In this document: positions 63,859-64,000 of the stretch, piece after piece
How positions within the stretch are numbered: the first letter of the stretch is position 1
Layout: every line of letters begins with the position of its first letter
Assembly: GCF_000143415.4 (NCBI RefSeq)
Contig: NW_003314341.1
Coordinates: forward strand, 356,470 to 420,469
From: Selaginella moellendorffii
Taxonomy: Eukaryota > Plantae > Lycopodiophyta
DNA length: 64,000 nt
Direction of reading: 5' to 3'
The notes under the pieces: generated by a model
Seen by the model: only the letters and a program-made list of their open reading frames with translations
What the model was told of the DNA's origin: nothing
The model's database searches: none
Program-made: the position numbers and the translations under genes

Positions 63859-64000
63859 CATATAAATAGAAGAGCTAGGATAAAACTGAAGAAAGATCAA
63901 AGGCACCACAACTGATAAATAGTCATCATGATCAGGCCTAACAAAGTCGAGTGTAGTTAATATATGCCAAAATTTAAGGAGGGATCAACACTTCTCTGAG

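Overview
Eukaryotic, transposon-dense plant DNA. The host is most likely a seed-free plant: 49-55 nt introns, Tcn1-type chromoviruses and a seed-free-type 5S motif point to a Selaginella-like lycophyte (inference). Most of the window is two nested LTR-retrotransposon stacks that can be resolved by their target-site duplications (TSDs). Stack 1 is a decayed Gypsy chromovirus 'H' (234-34363, TSD TAACC) sitting in a Copia-derived element. H contains a non-autonomous relative 'B' (432-14244), which itself holds a Cassandra-like 5S TRIM and a Tcn1-like chromovirus 'C'. H also contains a MULE-like remnant next to a 96-bp palindromic minisatellite, a MITE, a non-coding Copia-derived element 'D' and a solo LTR. 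Stack 2 is an old Gypsy 'F' (46668-~63390) containing a second Copia-derived element 'E' and a second Tcn1-like element 'G' with another Cassandra-like TRIM. Between the stacks is the only host-like gene, a spliced SRA/YDG methyl-DNA reader with no SET domain (38398-39616, minus). The most notable observations are: (i) a covarying multi-hairpin RNA element with tandem T-loop/B-box hairpins kept in the 3' UTR of both H and its coding-dead derivative B; (ii) homologous LTR modules shared between Gypsy-type and Copia-type elements; (iii) Cassandra-like TRIMs whose cis-ends match the H/B family, a candidate helper; (iv) a 16-nt self-priming PBS and a GGGAAAC -1 frameshift signal in the Tcn1-like family; (v) a 407-bp exact ectopic conversion tract inside an LTR. 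All comparisons were done by eye; no searches were run.
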